A stretch of 63,333 nt of DNA, the filler included, from Octopus bimaculoides (taxonomy: Eukaryota), in the NCBI RefSeq assembly GCF_001194135.2. It is 4 parts of 4 records of this genome, joined end to end, with 100 filler letters (N's around TTAATTAATTAA, not from the genome) between each part and the next. Parts side by side here need not be neighbours in the genome. Positions count along the whole stretch, not along the records: positions 61,199 to 63,333 come from NC_068987.1; 3 more parts are not named here. One strand, given 5' to 3'. The notes below the pieces were generated by a model. It ran no database searches, was not told where the DNA came from, and saw nothing but the letters and a program-made list of their open reading frames with translations. Both the position numbers and the translations under genes were made by a program. Within the stretch, counting starts at the first letter, position 1; every line of letters begins with the position of its first letter. Of the stretch, positions 61,621 through 63,333 are shown piece by piece.

Positions 61621-63333
61621 AGCTGATGATCGACCTGGGATGAACAGTGGCTGGGGATAGATTCGAACAACTCGAATGGCTGTTTTAGTGAAAAAATGAA
61701 GGGTCCATTATTCCCATTCGTCAAGTGGAGGACGACCAAAGCTTGGACAAACCTTGGAGGGCGGCGGCAAAATCTTCAACGGGGATCTGGACTTCAGAGC
61801 AAGGTTCTGTCCTACTAAGGATGTCAGAGCTGAAGTAACATCGGTTGCTTTCCTATCATATCGGAATTTGTTGTGAAGATTTTTTTCGGACGGGAGCGGA
61901 TAGGATAATTCACACAGGTCGACTGTTTCCTCATAACATTGAGAAAAATGGGAATTTTTTAATGAAAATTCTACAAATACCTTCAAGATAGACTATTAAT
62001 CTGCACCATACGAAAAGTTCGATGAAGCTATAAAGTGTTAGTCAGGCACTCAACTATGAATCCACTTCATCTTACACTTCGTTCTGTAGAATATCTCTAT
62101 GTAAAAACTGAAAATTTTGAAAAAGTTATGTTGATGTGTATCAGTATGTATGTGTGTGCACCACTCTTTTTCGACAATTTTAACACGAAATAACTTTAAA
62201 AAGATAAAATTTTCTCAATAACATTAAGAGTAAAGGATGTTTTATATGACACATTCTACCATTGTCCCAAGTTTGAAAGTGTTTCGTTAATAAAACAAGT
62301 GGCGCCCGCCAAATCAGAAACATCTAGCCTTAATCTTCCGACAGCATTCCAATAATAACAGACAGGTTTGATTTCTGTTGACCGCTTAGTTTCCTCATGT
62401 GTGACAGTATATACGATATGCTGCGATTTTAGGAATTAGTTCAACTTACTGGAGGGCAAAGACGAATAATAACTGTCATGATTGTACAACTAAAAATAAA
62501 AACCATAATGATTAGATCATTACATTCTTTTACTAACCTTTTCATCTAGTAACTTGTCCTACTGGTAGCTAAAGCGAGTACACGTGTGTTATACATATCA
62601 ATGTTGTTTGCTTAACTGAAGCAGGGAGATCTGAGCGTATTACTAATTAGTAAACTTTAATGTACTACTTAAGATACAATAATATTTGAAATTGTTGATT
62701 CTAAAAGCAACAACAAAAGATCCCGTGTTCAAACTCAGATACGGTGAAGGGAAATAAAATCACAATAAAAAGCCATCGGGGGAAAAAAAAAGAGAAAGGA
62801 AACAGTTCATTTAAAATACCATAATTTATGGTATTTACTAACAATACATGGATTATATTCATTAGCAACACAAATATGAATAGTATTACTGGAATGTGGA
62901 AAACCATCACGGTTGATATGTTGAAATAATTCAACGGATAAAATTATGAGTAAATAAATAAAAAACCGTTAATTGAAATTTTCCTGTGACATTCTCCCAA
63001 CGTAGATTCAAAGATATGAAGAGTATATATATATATGCTCTCGTGCAGTCTTGGCACAGTGGAAGCCGCCTGGCGCATATTGTAATTCCTTTGGGACGGA
63101 ACCTTTTTAAGACAACGGTGATTTGATTACATTAAGTAGCAGATAATTATGTTGAGCGTGAGTGATAACTAATTTTGATAAACCAGCTGATGGAGTTTTC
63201 GAAGAGCTTTACTTAGAAGTACCATACCTCATAAGGAATTTTCTCTTTTTTTCTTTTTTGTACCCCAGTAATCTTGAAGTTAAATGTTTACTTTAACTTC
63301 CAACCACAAAAAAAAAAAAAAAAAAAAAAAAAA

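Noticed and set aside
52372-63333. Search for CNPPD1 5' exons (SKYLYDEG / FNDEW motifs)
   Set aside because: Not found. DEWE at about 61711-61722 lacks the surrounding motif, and these pieces lie beyond artificial joins.

Overview
AT-rich, microsatellite-dense animal DNA with many N gaps. The SINE repertoire and composition point to an octopus (inference; most likely an Octopus bimaculoides-type draft assembly). Three artificial 100-bp spacers (44 N + TTAATTAATTAA + 44 N at 24102-24201, 52272-52371 and 61099-61198) split the window into four pieces whose adjacency is not shown by the sequence. One host gene is recognisable: the last three coding exons of CNPPD1 (Pho80/Pcl-type cyclin with a TM helix) on the minus strand (51253-51314, 49714-49831, 46957-48153). 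Its 5' exons are not in the window. There are also weaker candidate exons, including one encoding a signal-peptide-like N-terminus at about 12.7-12.9 kb. The rest is layered mobile DNA: RTE and CR1-type LINE remnants, an R4/Dong-type LINE 3' end split by a composite pair of hAT-like MITEs, a 2.5-kb TAGGG-ended DDE transposon, mariner-type and Helitron fragments, Penelope-like ends with decayed hammerhead cores, a probable LTR, and at least five tRNA-SINE families. The most unusual structures are a 242-bp-arm near-perfect palindrome (27089-27591), the TSD-flanked MITE dimer, the hammerhead remnants and an 18-bp minisatellite. Most ORFs in the supplied track are microsatellite or N-gap artefacts. 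All family assignments come from motif recognition by eye, without database searches.
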